IMG/VR virus record: IMGVR_UViG_3300021431_000088 | Source: an uncultured virus (IMG/VR IMGVR_UViG_3300021431_000088) | Lineage: Duplodnaviria; Heunggongvirae; Uroviricota; Caudoviricetes | Direction: 5' to 3' (one strand) | Length of the DNA: 64,000 nt | In this document: one piece after another, positions 55,377-64,000 of the stretch | Position numbering within the stretch: position 1 is the stretch's first letter | Layout: each line of letters begins with the position of its first letter | Made by a program: the position numbers and the translations under genes | Notes under the pieces: model-generated | The model's database searches: none | Seen by the model: the letters and a program-made list of their open reading frames with translations, nothing else | What the model was told of the DNA's origin: nothing

Positions 55377-55578
55377 GATTGTATATTACCACGCGGGGCA
55401 TAAAATGTCAAGGGGTATTTTGAAAAAGTTTTGGGACGCTTTATCACTTTATCATAGTAAAGTGTGCCGGACGGTTTGAAAATGAAATTGCGGTTAGTTA
55501 TAACTAACTTATGGGATACTGGCCGGCCTGCTGGGTTAGTTATCACTAACTCGATCGCAAAATGAAATTGGGACGAGG

Positions 55579-55722
55579 TTTACTCGTCCCACTGGCGCCC
55601 CTTGTGCTTGGGCGGCTTGCGGCGCTTGTCGGGGATGACCTTGGTGGCGGGATTGATCGCGCCCCAGTCGCGGCGGAGGGACTTGTTGACCTCGTAACTG
55701 TCGCGAACCTTAACCTTCTTCA
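55579..55722 (-). CDS. small basic protein
   Basis: AAAGGAGG RBS; RRDWGAINPATKVIPDKRR. Confidence 0.65.
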
Positions 55723-55806
55723 TTTCGGGATTCCTCCTTTGTTTCCTTCATCGTAGATATAATACCAAAAAGAAAATGAAATGTCAAGTGTTAAAATGAA
55801 ATTATT

Positions 55807-56124
55807 TTATTCGATCCACCCGCCATAGCGAACAGAAACAATCTGATCATCATAGATACTTTCGGGCGTCCCATTGTCGTACATAATTAGGGACGCAATA
55901 TCATTTAGATTCCAATCTTCAATTCCTTCAAACTTCCAAATCAGTTCGGCCCAATCGACACAAACAACGAGATCGTTCTTATAGTCAAACGCAATGACGC
56001 GCGCCGTGCGCGGGTAAAGTCCATCAATTTCGGGCGCGGCCGCAGACGTTTCCGCAAGCGCGCAACCATTGGAAAAGGAAATCAAATTGACAAACAGGAT
56101 GGCCACCGCAAGGATCTTCTTCAT
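55807..56124 (-). CDS. protein with N-terminal signal peptide
   Basis: MKK plus hydrophobic segment and A-x-A. Confidence 0.75.
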   Translation of the reverse strand: MKKILAVAILFVNLISFSNGCALAETSAAAPEIDGLYPRTARVIAFDYKNDLVVCVDWAELIWKFEGIEDWNLNDIASLIMYDNGTPESIYDDQIVSVRYGGWIE

Positions 56125-56215
56125 TTTAGGAACCTCTCTTTTCTCTTATTTCGGGAACCGTCTGTATTATAGCAAAATGAAATTGATTTGTCAAGAGGGA
56201 AATAAAATTGAGTGC

Positions 56216-56671
56216 TCACGCTGTGAGCACTCTTGTCAGCATCTTTTCGTTGGTTAGTTCGGCGCTGTCAAACTTGATTTGAATCTGTTCGCCGTTGAGT
56301 TCAATATCACCCGCCACATTGAAGGGGATGGAATCCTTCACCCATTCGCTACCCGTGAGTCGTTCGGTGATGATTTTTTCAAACCGTTCGCCGCGGTTGT
56401 ACTTATCATCAGTCATCAGCAGTTCGTCAGTTCCTAAGCAGAACGCTTTGCCCGATTCTACGAACGCTTTCCGGGTGGCGGCATTCAGTCTCACGCGAAC
56501 CTTTGCCATGCCGCCGCGTTTTGAGGACGCCCGATCAAACTTGAGGATGTTGGCGGGCAGGTGGCCGTCGAACTTGATGTAGTAGAGAAGGTGGTCAAGG
56601 ATGAATCCAACGATGTACCCGTTTGCGGCGGTCAAGGTGTTGTAGAGGTTAGTCATTTCGGTAAGCGTCAT
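56216..56671 (-). CDS. putative PD-(D/E)XK-like nuclease-fold protein, paralog 2 of 3
   Basis: Highly similar to 53200. Confidence 0.75.
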   Translation of the reverse strand: MTLTEMTNLYNTLTAANGYIVGFILDHLLYYIKFDGHLPANILKFDRASSKRGGMAKVRVRLNAATRKAFVESGKAFCLGTDELLMTDDKYNRGERFEKIITERLTGSEWVKDSIPFNVAGDIELNGEQIQIKFDSAELTNEKMLTRVLTA

Positions 56672-56776
56672 TGTGGTTCCCTTCCTTTCCTTTGATGTCT
56701 TCATTATACAGGATAGCAAGCCGGTTGTCAAGCCCCTTAGTAAACTTTTTTTTGGCCGGCTGATCGTGGCAAGGCG

Positions 56777-56959
56777 TTAGCCTTGCCACGGGATGACCGT
56801 GCCGCCGATCTCATAGGCACAAGCAAGGGCGTCCTTTGCGTTATCCCACGCGCCATAGAACCACATTTCCCCATCCCATTCGCGGGCAACGATCCACGCG
56901 CACGGCGGCAAATCGTTCGGGATATTGACTACCACATAACCATTGAGTTCAAGCGTCAT
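56777..56959 (-). CDS. hypothetical protein
   Basis: Promoter plus AAAGGAG RBS. Confidence 0.7.
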   Translation of the reverse strand: MTLELNGYVVVNIPNDLPPCAWIVAREWDGEMWFYGAWDNAKDALACAYEIGGTVIPWQG

Positions 56960-57025
56960 TGCGATTCGCTCCTTTCCTTCACTACCATCATTATACCACT
57001 TTCGTGGCGTTTGTCAAGGGAGAAA

Positions 57026-57430
57026 TTACAGGCAGATCGTTTTTCCTTTTTCTTCCAGATAGATCGCCGTGTGTCCTTCCTTTTCCCATTGGCGGCAGTT
57101 GGTCTTATCATCATCAATCAGTATACCGTTCTCACGAATATAGTCAACCTTCCTGCCATAACCTACGATACAGATAAAGTGATCGGCGTCCATCATCGGC
57201 ACATACTTTTTCAACCAATCAATCTTGCCTTGACGTGCGTCATCGCTTGCGGCTTTGGTCAGAATATAGCACACATCGCCGCGCGCAATTAGACTATTGA
57301 GGATGCCAACATTTTCCATAAACGGCGCCAGATTCGCCAGAAAGTCATAACTATACGCGCGTTCCCGTACACCCTCATAGGCGCTGTGAAAATCTGCCAG
57401 CACGCCATCCATATCAAAGTAGTAAGTCAT
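57026..57430 (-). CDS. HAD-superfamily 5'(3')-deoxyribonucleotidase-like protein
   Basis: FDMDGVLADF, ILT, K..WL, LIDD. Confidence 0.85.
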   Translation of the reverse strand: MTYYFDMDGVLADFHSAYEGVRERAYSYDFLANLAPFMENVGILNSLIARGDVCYILTKAASDDARQGKIDWLKKYVPMMDADHFICIVGYGRKVDYIRENGILIDDDKTNCRQWEKEGHTAIYLEEKGKTICL

Positions 57431-57612
57431 TACCGTGGCCTCCTTACACTTAGAGTATACAGGATAGCGGCGCATTTGTCAACCCCTTTACCGGATTTTT
57501 TTCATTGATGGTTAGTCATAACTAACCCACTGGCCGGCCAGTTCGTTAGCCATAGCTAACTGAGCAGCGCGGCCGCAATAAAATAACCCTCCGCCGCTGG
57601 CGGAGGGTCTTA

Positions 57613-57696
<84 letters not shown>

Positions 57697-57780
57697 TCGA
57701 TTCTTCTTTATTATACAGCAATTTTCCAAAATGTCAAGTGTTTGGGAAAACTTTTTTCGTAGCTCGCTGGGATCTCACCT

Positions 57781-57933
57781 TCACGCCTGCGGCGTGAAGG
57801 TGATGGTCATCTCGTCCCAGTCGATGGTCATCAGCTGGCCCTTGAACTGGTCAGCGCCCAGCGCGAACAGCTCATCCAGTCCCTCAATATCCATGGTGAA
57901 GCGATCCTGCTCAGTGATGATGGTGAAGGTCAT
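57781..57933 (-). CDS. hypothetical protein
   Basis: GAAAGGAG RBS. Confidence 0.65.
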   Translation of the reverse strand: MTFTIITEQDRFTMDIEGLDELFALGADQFKGQLMTIDWDEMTITFTPQA

Positions 57934-58043
57934 TGTCGTAGCTCCTTTCGTCTTTCGGTGTCTATATACTATCACATTCCGGTCAGCTTGTCAAGCCCTT
58001 GACTGAAACTTTTTTCAGCTGGCGGAGGGGCTTCCCGCTGGCC

Positions 58044-58499
58044 TCATACGAGGCCAGCGAGGAGCTTTCCAAGCACCCGCTCGTTGGTCAGCTCCGCTCC
58101 GTCAAGCTTGATCTGGATCTCAACCCCATCCACCCGGATGTCTCCGGCCACCCAGAAGGGGGTGCTATCCTTGACCCAGCTCTTGCCCGTCCACTTCTCA
58201 GTGATGACGCGCTCCGCGTTCTCGCCCTTGTTGTGGGCCGGGTCAGCGGTCAGCAGGCTATCAGGGCCCAGCCGCTCAGCCGTGGCGCTCAGCTCAGCAC
58301 GGGCCGCGGCGTTCAGCTTAACGCGGAGCTTGGCGAACCCGCCCTTTTTCGTGCTCGCACGATCCCGGCGGATGAACCGGGTCAGCTCGTCAAAGCTCAG
58401 CTTCTGGACAAAGAGGTTGTGCGCGTGTACAAACGCAAGCGCGTACACATGGGCAGGGCTGAAACGGTTGTAGGTGTTGAGCATCTCGTTGGTATCCAT
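58044..58499 (-). CDS. putative PD-(D/E)XK-like nuclease-fold protein, paralog 3 of 3
   Basis: NKGENAE...WVKDS.PF.VAGDI...IQIK. Confidence 0.75.
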   Translation of the reverse strand: MDTNEMLNTYNRFSPAHVYALAFVHAHNLFVQKLSFDELTRFIRRDRASTKKGGFAKLRVKLNAAARAELSATAERLGPDSLLTADPAHNKGENAERVITEKWTGKSWVKDSTPFWVAGDIRVDGVEIQIKLDGAELTNERVLGKLLAGLV

Positions 58500-58643
58500 G
58501 GGGTTTACCTCCTTCATTTGATGGCTTCATTATACAGGATAGACGCCCGGCTGTCAACCCTTTTTTATGACTTTTTTGTAAATAAATTATTACAATTATG
58601 TTAAGATTTTGGGCCTAGCTCGTAACAATTTCGTAACAATTTT

Positions 58644-58754
58644 TTATATCGGCGGCCGATATATCGCCAGCCGATACATTGACAGCTGATGTATCGAGCT
58701 TCGATATATCGAGCTCCTATATATCGAGCTTCGATATATCGGCAGCCGATATAC
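58644..58754. repeat. seven tandem 15-bp units ATATATCG-N5-CG
   Basis: For example ATATATCGAGCTTCG and ATATATCGGCAGCCG; palindromic CGATATATCG at the junctions. Confidence 0.9.
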
Positions 58755-58764
58755 CTCATCAGCT

Positions 58765-58990
58765 TAGGTAGTTAGTCATAACTAACCTGAGTTAGCCTTG
58801 ACTAACCGTTAGTCATAACTAACCGTAGTTAGTCATAACTAACCCATTAGTTAGTTAGTCATAACTAACTCGCCGGTTAGTCAAGGCTAACAGTAGTTAG
58901 TCATAACTAACCGCGGCCGATCGTTAGTTAGCTATAACTAACCCGATGGGTTAGTTATAACTAATAGTAGTTAGTCATAACTAACTTCGG
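58765..58990. repeat. cluster of ten GTTAG-N6-CTAAC palindromes
   Basis: Consensus AGTTAGTCATAACTAAC with short variable spacers. Confidence 0.92.
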
Positions 58991-59283
58991 CCTACTAATA
59001 TCCTACTAAACTGGCAACTAAATTGAGTTAAATTAGTTGAATATTTTTTCCTATTATCAACCGGACGGGCGTTTGAGCCAATTTCGCGCGCTCTCAACGC
59101 AAATCTCGAAAAATCATGAATAATTATATAAAAACATGTATAAAATAAAGGGTTTTATACAGAAAATACATGGTTTTTTGTATATTATTCATCGAATGAT
59201 TTTTCTATCCGGCGGAGGGATTTTGCGCGTGAGCTAAATCGTTTAGTTGGTGTTTAGTTAAGTTAGTTATAACTAACTAAATT

Positions 59284-59335
59284 AAAAATAGGCAGGTTCG
59301 CCGTAGGTCCGACGCGACTTTTGCGCTTCATCTGA
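59284..59335 (-). ncRNA. small RNA family B, copy 2
   Basis: TTGACA/TATAAT promoter; AGAT..GGACCTACGGCG..TGCCTATTTTT. Confidence 0.55.
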
Positions 59336-59422
59336 TTATTATTATACTCACGTGGCCGCAAATGTCAACCCCTTTTTTGAGATTTTTTTGAGAAAATGAA
59401 AAAAGGGGGATCCCCCCTTTTT

Positions 59423-59731
59423 TCAGCAGTAAATCAATTCCATGCCTTGCCATTTCAGAATAGAAATCTGCTGATGTTCGCGGCCGATTCGCAAGGCTTC
59501 CTTTTTTGTGCTGATTCGGCTTGACTTGTCAATGTAGTAAATACCATTGGAAAACCATACGCCGCAATTCCCTTTATAGGTTTTAATAGCCTGCATCGCG
59601 GTTGTGATCGTCTTACATTCTACACCTTCGGTGGCAACCTGATAGCCCGTTTTGTACTGGATAGCGATTCCATTCTTCAAGGTAAGGCCGTCATTGTTTT
59701 TGAGCGCCTTCAAGGTTTTCATAGTGATCAT
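59423..59731 (-). CDS. hypothetical protein (102 aa)
   Basis: Promoter, RBS, terminator. Confidence 0.8.
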   Translation of the reverse strand: MITMKTLKALKNNDGLTLKNGIAIQYKTGYQVATEGVECKTITTAMQAIKTYKGNCGVWFSNGIYYIDKSSRISTKKEALRIGREHQQISILKWQGMELIYC

Positions 59732-59859
59732 TGCGTTTCCCTTCCTTTCCTTTGATACCTATATATTATACTGACCGGGTTAAAATGTCAACCCCTAAAA
59801 TGAAAAAACTTTTTTGTGAATAGGCTTGACATATGCCGGATAAAGTGATATTATAATGT

Positions 59860-59930
59860 CAGTGGGAGAGCGTGGCAACTCCTAAAGGGCGCCGAAAGGC
59901 AAGAGGTGGCCCACCAAAAAAAACAGCCAC
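59860..59930 (+). ncRNA. small pseudoknotted RNA family A, copy 2
   Basis: Promoter TTGACA-17-TATTAT; compensatory changes relative to copy 1. Confidence 0.65.
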
Positions 59931-60052
59931 AACCCCTTGAAAAAACTTTTGAAAAAAAGTTAAAAAAGGGGTTGACAAACAGGGAAATCGGTGTTATACT
60001 CATAATGTAAAAAGGACAAGGAAAAGTCCTAAAAACCGGAAAGGGGATCGCA

Positions 60053-60373
60053 ATGAAGGTTACTAAGGAAATGAAGAAGGTTTTCGCGCTGGTAGATGAA
60101 ATGCGTGAGGAAGAAAAGAAGCGCGTGCGCGTGCCCGTGTATTACAAGCGGCATGGGCAAATGATTCGCCGCAACTACGATGACACGGTGGATACCGATC
60201 GCTATAACCTGCTGTTCTTCAAGAAGGAAGGCGGTATCCGCGAAAACCGTTGCTTTACCTGTTGCGAGTGTGGCGGCAAGTGTGATTATTTTGAAATCGC
60301 GTGGTGGGCGTGTGAGGAAGGCGAGACCGTGTGTGATGACTGTATCGCTATGGAATATGGGGATGACATTTAA
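60053..60373 (+). CDS. zinc-finger protein
   Basis: CCECG...CDDC. Confidence 0.75.
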   Translation: MKVTKEMKKVFALVDEMREEEKKRVRVPVYYKRHGQMIRRNYDDTVDTDRYNLLFFKKEGGIRENRCFTCCECGGKCDYFEIAWWACEEGETVCDDCIAMEYGDDI

Positions 60374-61328
60374 TGTCATCCCTTTTTTGGCCGCAAGACT
60401 TTACCGCTTTATCATAGTAAAGTGCTAAAGTCATGCGGTTGAATATACATAATATCTGTATATTATACAGAAAATGAATAGTGCTATTTTGCCCGGTCAT
60501 TTCAAGAGTATAAAAACGATGAATAATTATACAAAAAACGCCAATTTTCTGTATAAAAATAAGCATTTTATACATGATTCTGTATAATTATTCATCGTTT
60601 TCTGAGAAATGCCCTGAGACGAAAGATTTTTCCGTTCATTCGATTAAACCGGATTAATGGAACGTTTTTCGCGCTGTCTCAGGGCATTTCTGTATATTCT
60701 ACGCATTTTTATACATTATCATGTATAATTGTATAAGTTAGTTATAACTAACCAACTATTATAAGGCAAAAAGAAAAGGGGGTTTTATACCCCTTTGATG
60801 GTAGCGATCAACTGAAGAATCAGGAAAATCGTGGCCGTGGAAAAACTAACGATCGCGCCGATACAGCAGATACCAAGATCATCAATGCCGTGCTCACTCA
60901 ACCAGATTCGGATGTTCTTCATTTTGTTTCCTTCCTTTCTGTTCCTTCTGGGAACGTCTATATACTACCATGCCGGATTAAAAATGTCAACCCCTATTTT
61001 CAATATTTTTTCAAAAAGTTTTTTTAGAAAAGGGGTTGACAGCCGGCGAAATTGCGCTATAATATAGACGTAAACAAGAGAAGGAAAACTCTTAAAAACC
61101 GGAAAGGGCAAGACAATGACTGAATGGATGCTGAATTACGAAAACCATGACACGGATTATGAGGAACTTCAAGAGCTGCTGAAAGAGCTTGCGAAAGAAT
61201 CGGAAGGCTGAAAAGCCTTCCGATTCCCGAAAAAAAGTTTTCAAAAGGGCTTGACATTTTAGCCGGGTTGCGTATAATAAAGGTATCAGGTGAAGGAAAA
61301 CACCTTAAAACCGGAAAGGGGAACTAAA

Positions 61329-61634
61329 ATGGCAATGAGCAAACAGACGGCGAACACGATCACGGCGGCGCGTGAGGTTTTCGGCAATCGTGAGTTTACG
61401 GAAAACGAATGGGCAAGCGCCCACATGGCAACGCGGCTGGACACGGTTGTGTATCACGGCGGCGCGCGCCGCATTGAGCACGTAGAGCGCGAATATTACA
61501 CGGTGGAAGAAATTGTAAACGAGTTGAACAGTTGCGCAGGCGATGACTGTTACGCTTGTAACTGGCATTATGAGATCGACAGCAATGGAAAGATTTTCCA
61601 AGATTTCAAGACGTACACCTATCAAATGATCTAA
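61329..61634 (+). CDS. hypothetical protein
   Basis: Promoter, conserved leader, terminator. Confidence 0.75.
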   Translation: MAMSKQTANTITAAREVFGNREFTENEWASAHMATRLDTVVYHGGARRIEHVEREYYTVEEIVNELNSCAGDDCYACNWHYEIDSNGKIFQDFKTYTYQMI

Positions 61635-61848
61635 ACGCCGAAAGGCGTTTTTTTTATTTATAGGGGTTGACAACTTGACATTTTTATGTTATACTATGAA
61701 CGGTGGAGGAGGGGCATATATATTAGCACTTTACTATAATAAAGTGAAAAAGTTTTAAAAAAAGTTTCAAAAAGGGGTTGACAAAAGACGCCGGGCGTGT
61801 TATACTATAATCGTTCCAAGGGGGAACAGAAAGGAAGGAAAGAAAACC

Positions 61849-62025
61849 ATGACTAAGAAAGAGATCAACCGAATCAAAGCGGCAATCGCGGACAGGAAAG
61901 AGCGGATCGCGAACCTCGACAAGTGGTGGCCGAATCTGCTGGAGAATGGCCGCAGGATGGCAACGCAAACGGCCGTGAGACTGGCGGAAGAGGTTGTAGA
62001 GCTGGAGAAAATGCTGAACGAGTAA
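61849..62025 (+). CDS. small coiled-coil protein
   Basis: MTKKEINRIKAAIADR...; promoter and terminator. Confidence 0.7.
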   Translation: MTKKEINRIKAAIADRKERIANLDKWWPNLLENGRRMATQTAVRLAEEVVELEKMLNE

Positions 62026-62149
62026 AAGCCCGAAAGGGCTTTTACTTTTTTCAAAAAAACTTTTGAAAAAGGGTTGACATTTTCCCGGCGTTGTGCTATA
62101 CTATAATCACAGAAGGGGAAAACCTTCTGAAAGAAAGGGGATTGAAATC

Positions 62150-62341
62150 ATGGTAGAGTTTGGCAAGATGTGGCAGATTGAAAACAAGGCCGATTTTGAA
62201 AAGGCTATGGCGGCGCTGGACGAAGCTAAGTTTATCGCGGAAATGTCGGATGACTTTTCCTGCTGGCGGCGTGAGCGTGAAGAGGTTGATAGACAGCGGC
62301 GGCAGGTGCTGGCGGCGGCGCGTGAGAAGGGGCTAATCTAA
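62150..62341 (+). CDS. hypothetical protein (MVEFGKMW family), copy 2
   Basis: FIAEMSDDFSCWRRE identical to 54566. Confidence 0.8.
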   Translation: MVEFGKMWQIENKADFEKAMAALDEAKFIAEMSDDFSCWRREREEVDRQRRQVLAAAREKGLI

Positions 62342-62385
62342 GCCCCTTCTTTTTCGCGCAAAAGTTAGTTATAATTAACTAAATT

Positions 62386-62440
62386 AAAAATGGGCAGATT
62401 CACCGTGGGTCCCAGTGTCTTGTGCTCCTCCCCTGATCTG
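62386..62440 (-). ncRNA. small RNA family B, copy 3
   Basis: TTGACA-17-TATAAT promoter; AGAT..GGACCCACGGTG..TGCCCATTTTT. Confidence 0.55.
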
Positions 62441-62597
62441 ATTATATTATAGCAGAAGGGCCGGCACTTGTCAACCCTTTTTTTTGAAAAAAGTTTTTTC
62501 AAAAAATTTGAAAAAAGTGTTGACATTTTCGCCGGGTTATGTTATTATATACTCACAGGGAGGGACAAGAGCCCACCGAAGAAAGGAAAGCAAGGCA

Positions 62598-62819
62598 ATG
62601 AAGAAGATTTACAAGATCAAGGTAGAACGGGTCACGGCTGATTGGGGACGATTCGAGGGTTATGATGAAACCTACGTGAGAACGGATAATATCGCCGCCG
62701 TGGTTGAAATGAAAAAGGCAGAGATTGAGAAAATCGGCGCGTGGTGGATGGGCTACGGAAAAGCTGAAGATGGGCGCCCGAACGTGGAAGCAGAAGAGCT
62801 GAACGTAATCGAAGCGTAA
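62598..62819 (+). CDS. hypothetical protein
   Basis: Promoter and RBS. Confidence 0.7.
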   Translation: MKKIYKIKVERVTADWGRFEGYDETYVRTDNIAAVVEMKKAEIEKIGAWWMGYGKAEDGRPNVEAEELNVIEA

Positions 62820-63102
62820 AGCTTCGGGCCGGCAAAATGCCGGCCTTTTTTATGTGCTGCGTTAGCTATAACTAACCAGCGCGCGGATTCCTCGTGAGCC
62901 TGCCCAACCTCTCTCCGGTCTCCCCGGTGTCCTCGACTGTATCTGTATTATAAAACGTCAAGCCGTGTTTGTCAAGCCCTTTTTCAAAAGATTTTTCAAA
63001 AGATTTTTTCGCAAAAGGGGTTGACATTTTATCCGGCATATGATATACTAATAATGTCAAAAGGGGAAGGAAAACCCCTAAAAACCAGAAAGGGGCAAGA
63101 AA

Positions 63103-63306
63103 ATGAAGGAACTGTTCACGGAAGGAACTTACACGGCACGCGGCACGCGCAAGGGCGCAACTTATAGCGTTGAGATCGTTGATGCTAATGGTACAATCGT
63201 TGCGTATCGGTGGTTCAATGACGCTACTAAAAACGCCGATAAGTATGTGCCTGCTAAGTTTTACGACATGATTCACACGGCTATTAGCAAGACAAGGTCT
63301 TGCTAA
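63103..63306 (+). CDS. hypothetical protein
   Basis: Promoter and conserved leader. Confidence 0.7.
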   Translation: MKELFTEGTYTARGTRKGATYSVEIVDANGTIVAYRWFNDATKNADKYVPAKFYDMIHTAISKTRSC

Positions 63307-63413
63307 TAGCCCTAATTTTTTTCAAAAAAGGGGTTGACATTTCATCCGGCATATGGTATACTTATACCGTAAAGAGGGGAAGGAAAACCCCTAAAAACCA
63401 GAAAGGGCGCTAA

Positions 63414-63587
63414 AATGACTGTTGCGATGCTGATGGAAATCCTTTCCCATATGTCCCCTGATGCGGTGGTTGAGTTTGATGATACCTATACCCAATGCGA
63501 AGGTTGGGAAGAAGGGCACGAAGATGCTACCATGGTGGTATCTGATGCGGTGGCCGATGGTGGCCGTGTGGTTCTGCACGGCGAATA
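63414..63587 (+). CDS. small acidic protein
   Basis: MTVAMLMEILSHMSPDAVVEF...; promoter, leader, terminator. Confidence 0.7.
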
Positions 63588-63813
63588 AGAAAAGGGCGCA
63601 AGCCCTTTTCTTTTTTTCAAAAAGGGGGTTGACAGATTGACTTTGCTATGCTATAATATGGATGGTGGAGGAGGGGCACATATTTTAACACTTTACTATA
63701 GTAAAGTGCTAAAGTTGAAAAATCTTTTTATAAAAGGGTTGACAAACCGGCGCGTTTATGTTATACTAATACTGTCAAAGGGGAAAGCCCTTGACAGAAA
63801 GGGGAAACGAAAA

Positions 63814-63945
63814 ATGCTGTATGTTATGCTCCTGATGAATGGCACGCTGTACACCTTCAAGACGGAAAAGGAACGTTTTGCCGCATGGATGAAACTGCCA
63901 GACTATAAAGCGAAAAACGCGCGATTCTATGAAATGGTTCTGTAA
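63814..63945 (+). CDS. small hypothetical protein
   Basis: Promoter, RBS, terminator. Confidence 0.6.
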   Translation: MLYVMLLMNGTLYTFKTEKERFAAWMKLPDYKAKNARFYEMVL

Positions 63946-64000
63946 AGAACCATTTTTCTTTTGTCGTTTTCATCTATTCGCTAAACCGTAGTTTAGCGAA

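Noticed and set aside
58765..58990. CRISPR array
   Set aside because: Repeats are about 17 bp with spacers of only about 1-15 bp; copies are also dispersed; no cas genes in the window.

Overview
This window is part of a large tailed dsDNA phage genome. The host is probably a Firmicute, judging from TTGACA-N17-TG.TATAAT promoters and GGAGG/GAAAGG ribosome-binding sites. The phage appears to read TAG as glutamine (translation table 15). Many fragmented ORFs in the supplied track fuse into intact genes when TAG is read through, and a CUA-anticodon suppressor tRNA with glutamine identity elements lies at 8083-8171. 1-8.2 kb: a dense minus-strand RNA cluster with about 19 tRNAs, a tmRNA and several unexplained structured or tRNA-like RNAs, plus a PAPS-reductase-family gene and a GT8-GT2 glycosyltransferase fusion. 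8.6-33.4 kb: a TAG-rich tail, adhesin and lysis module. 33.4-37.6 kb: a deaminase and an SF2 helicase. 37.7-38.9 kb: a repeat- and palindrome-rich non-coding block. 38.9-64 kb: an apparently TAG-free, early-type region built from dozens of short transcription units, each with its own promoter. It holds several paralog families, four more tRNAs, at least three multi-copy families of promoter-driven small non-coding RNAs (one with a covarying pseudoknot), several dispersed DNA motif families, and a repeat hub at 58.6-60.8 kb where gene orientation diverges. All calls come from reading the sequence by eye; no database searches were run.
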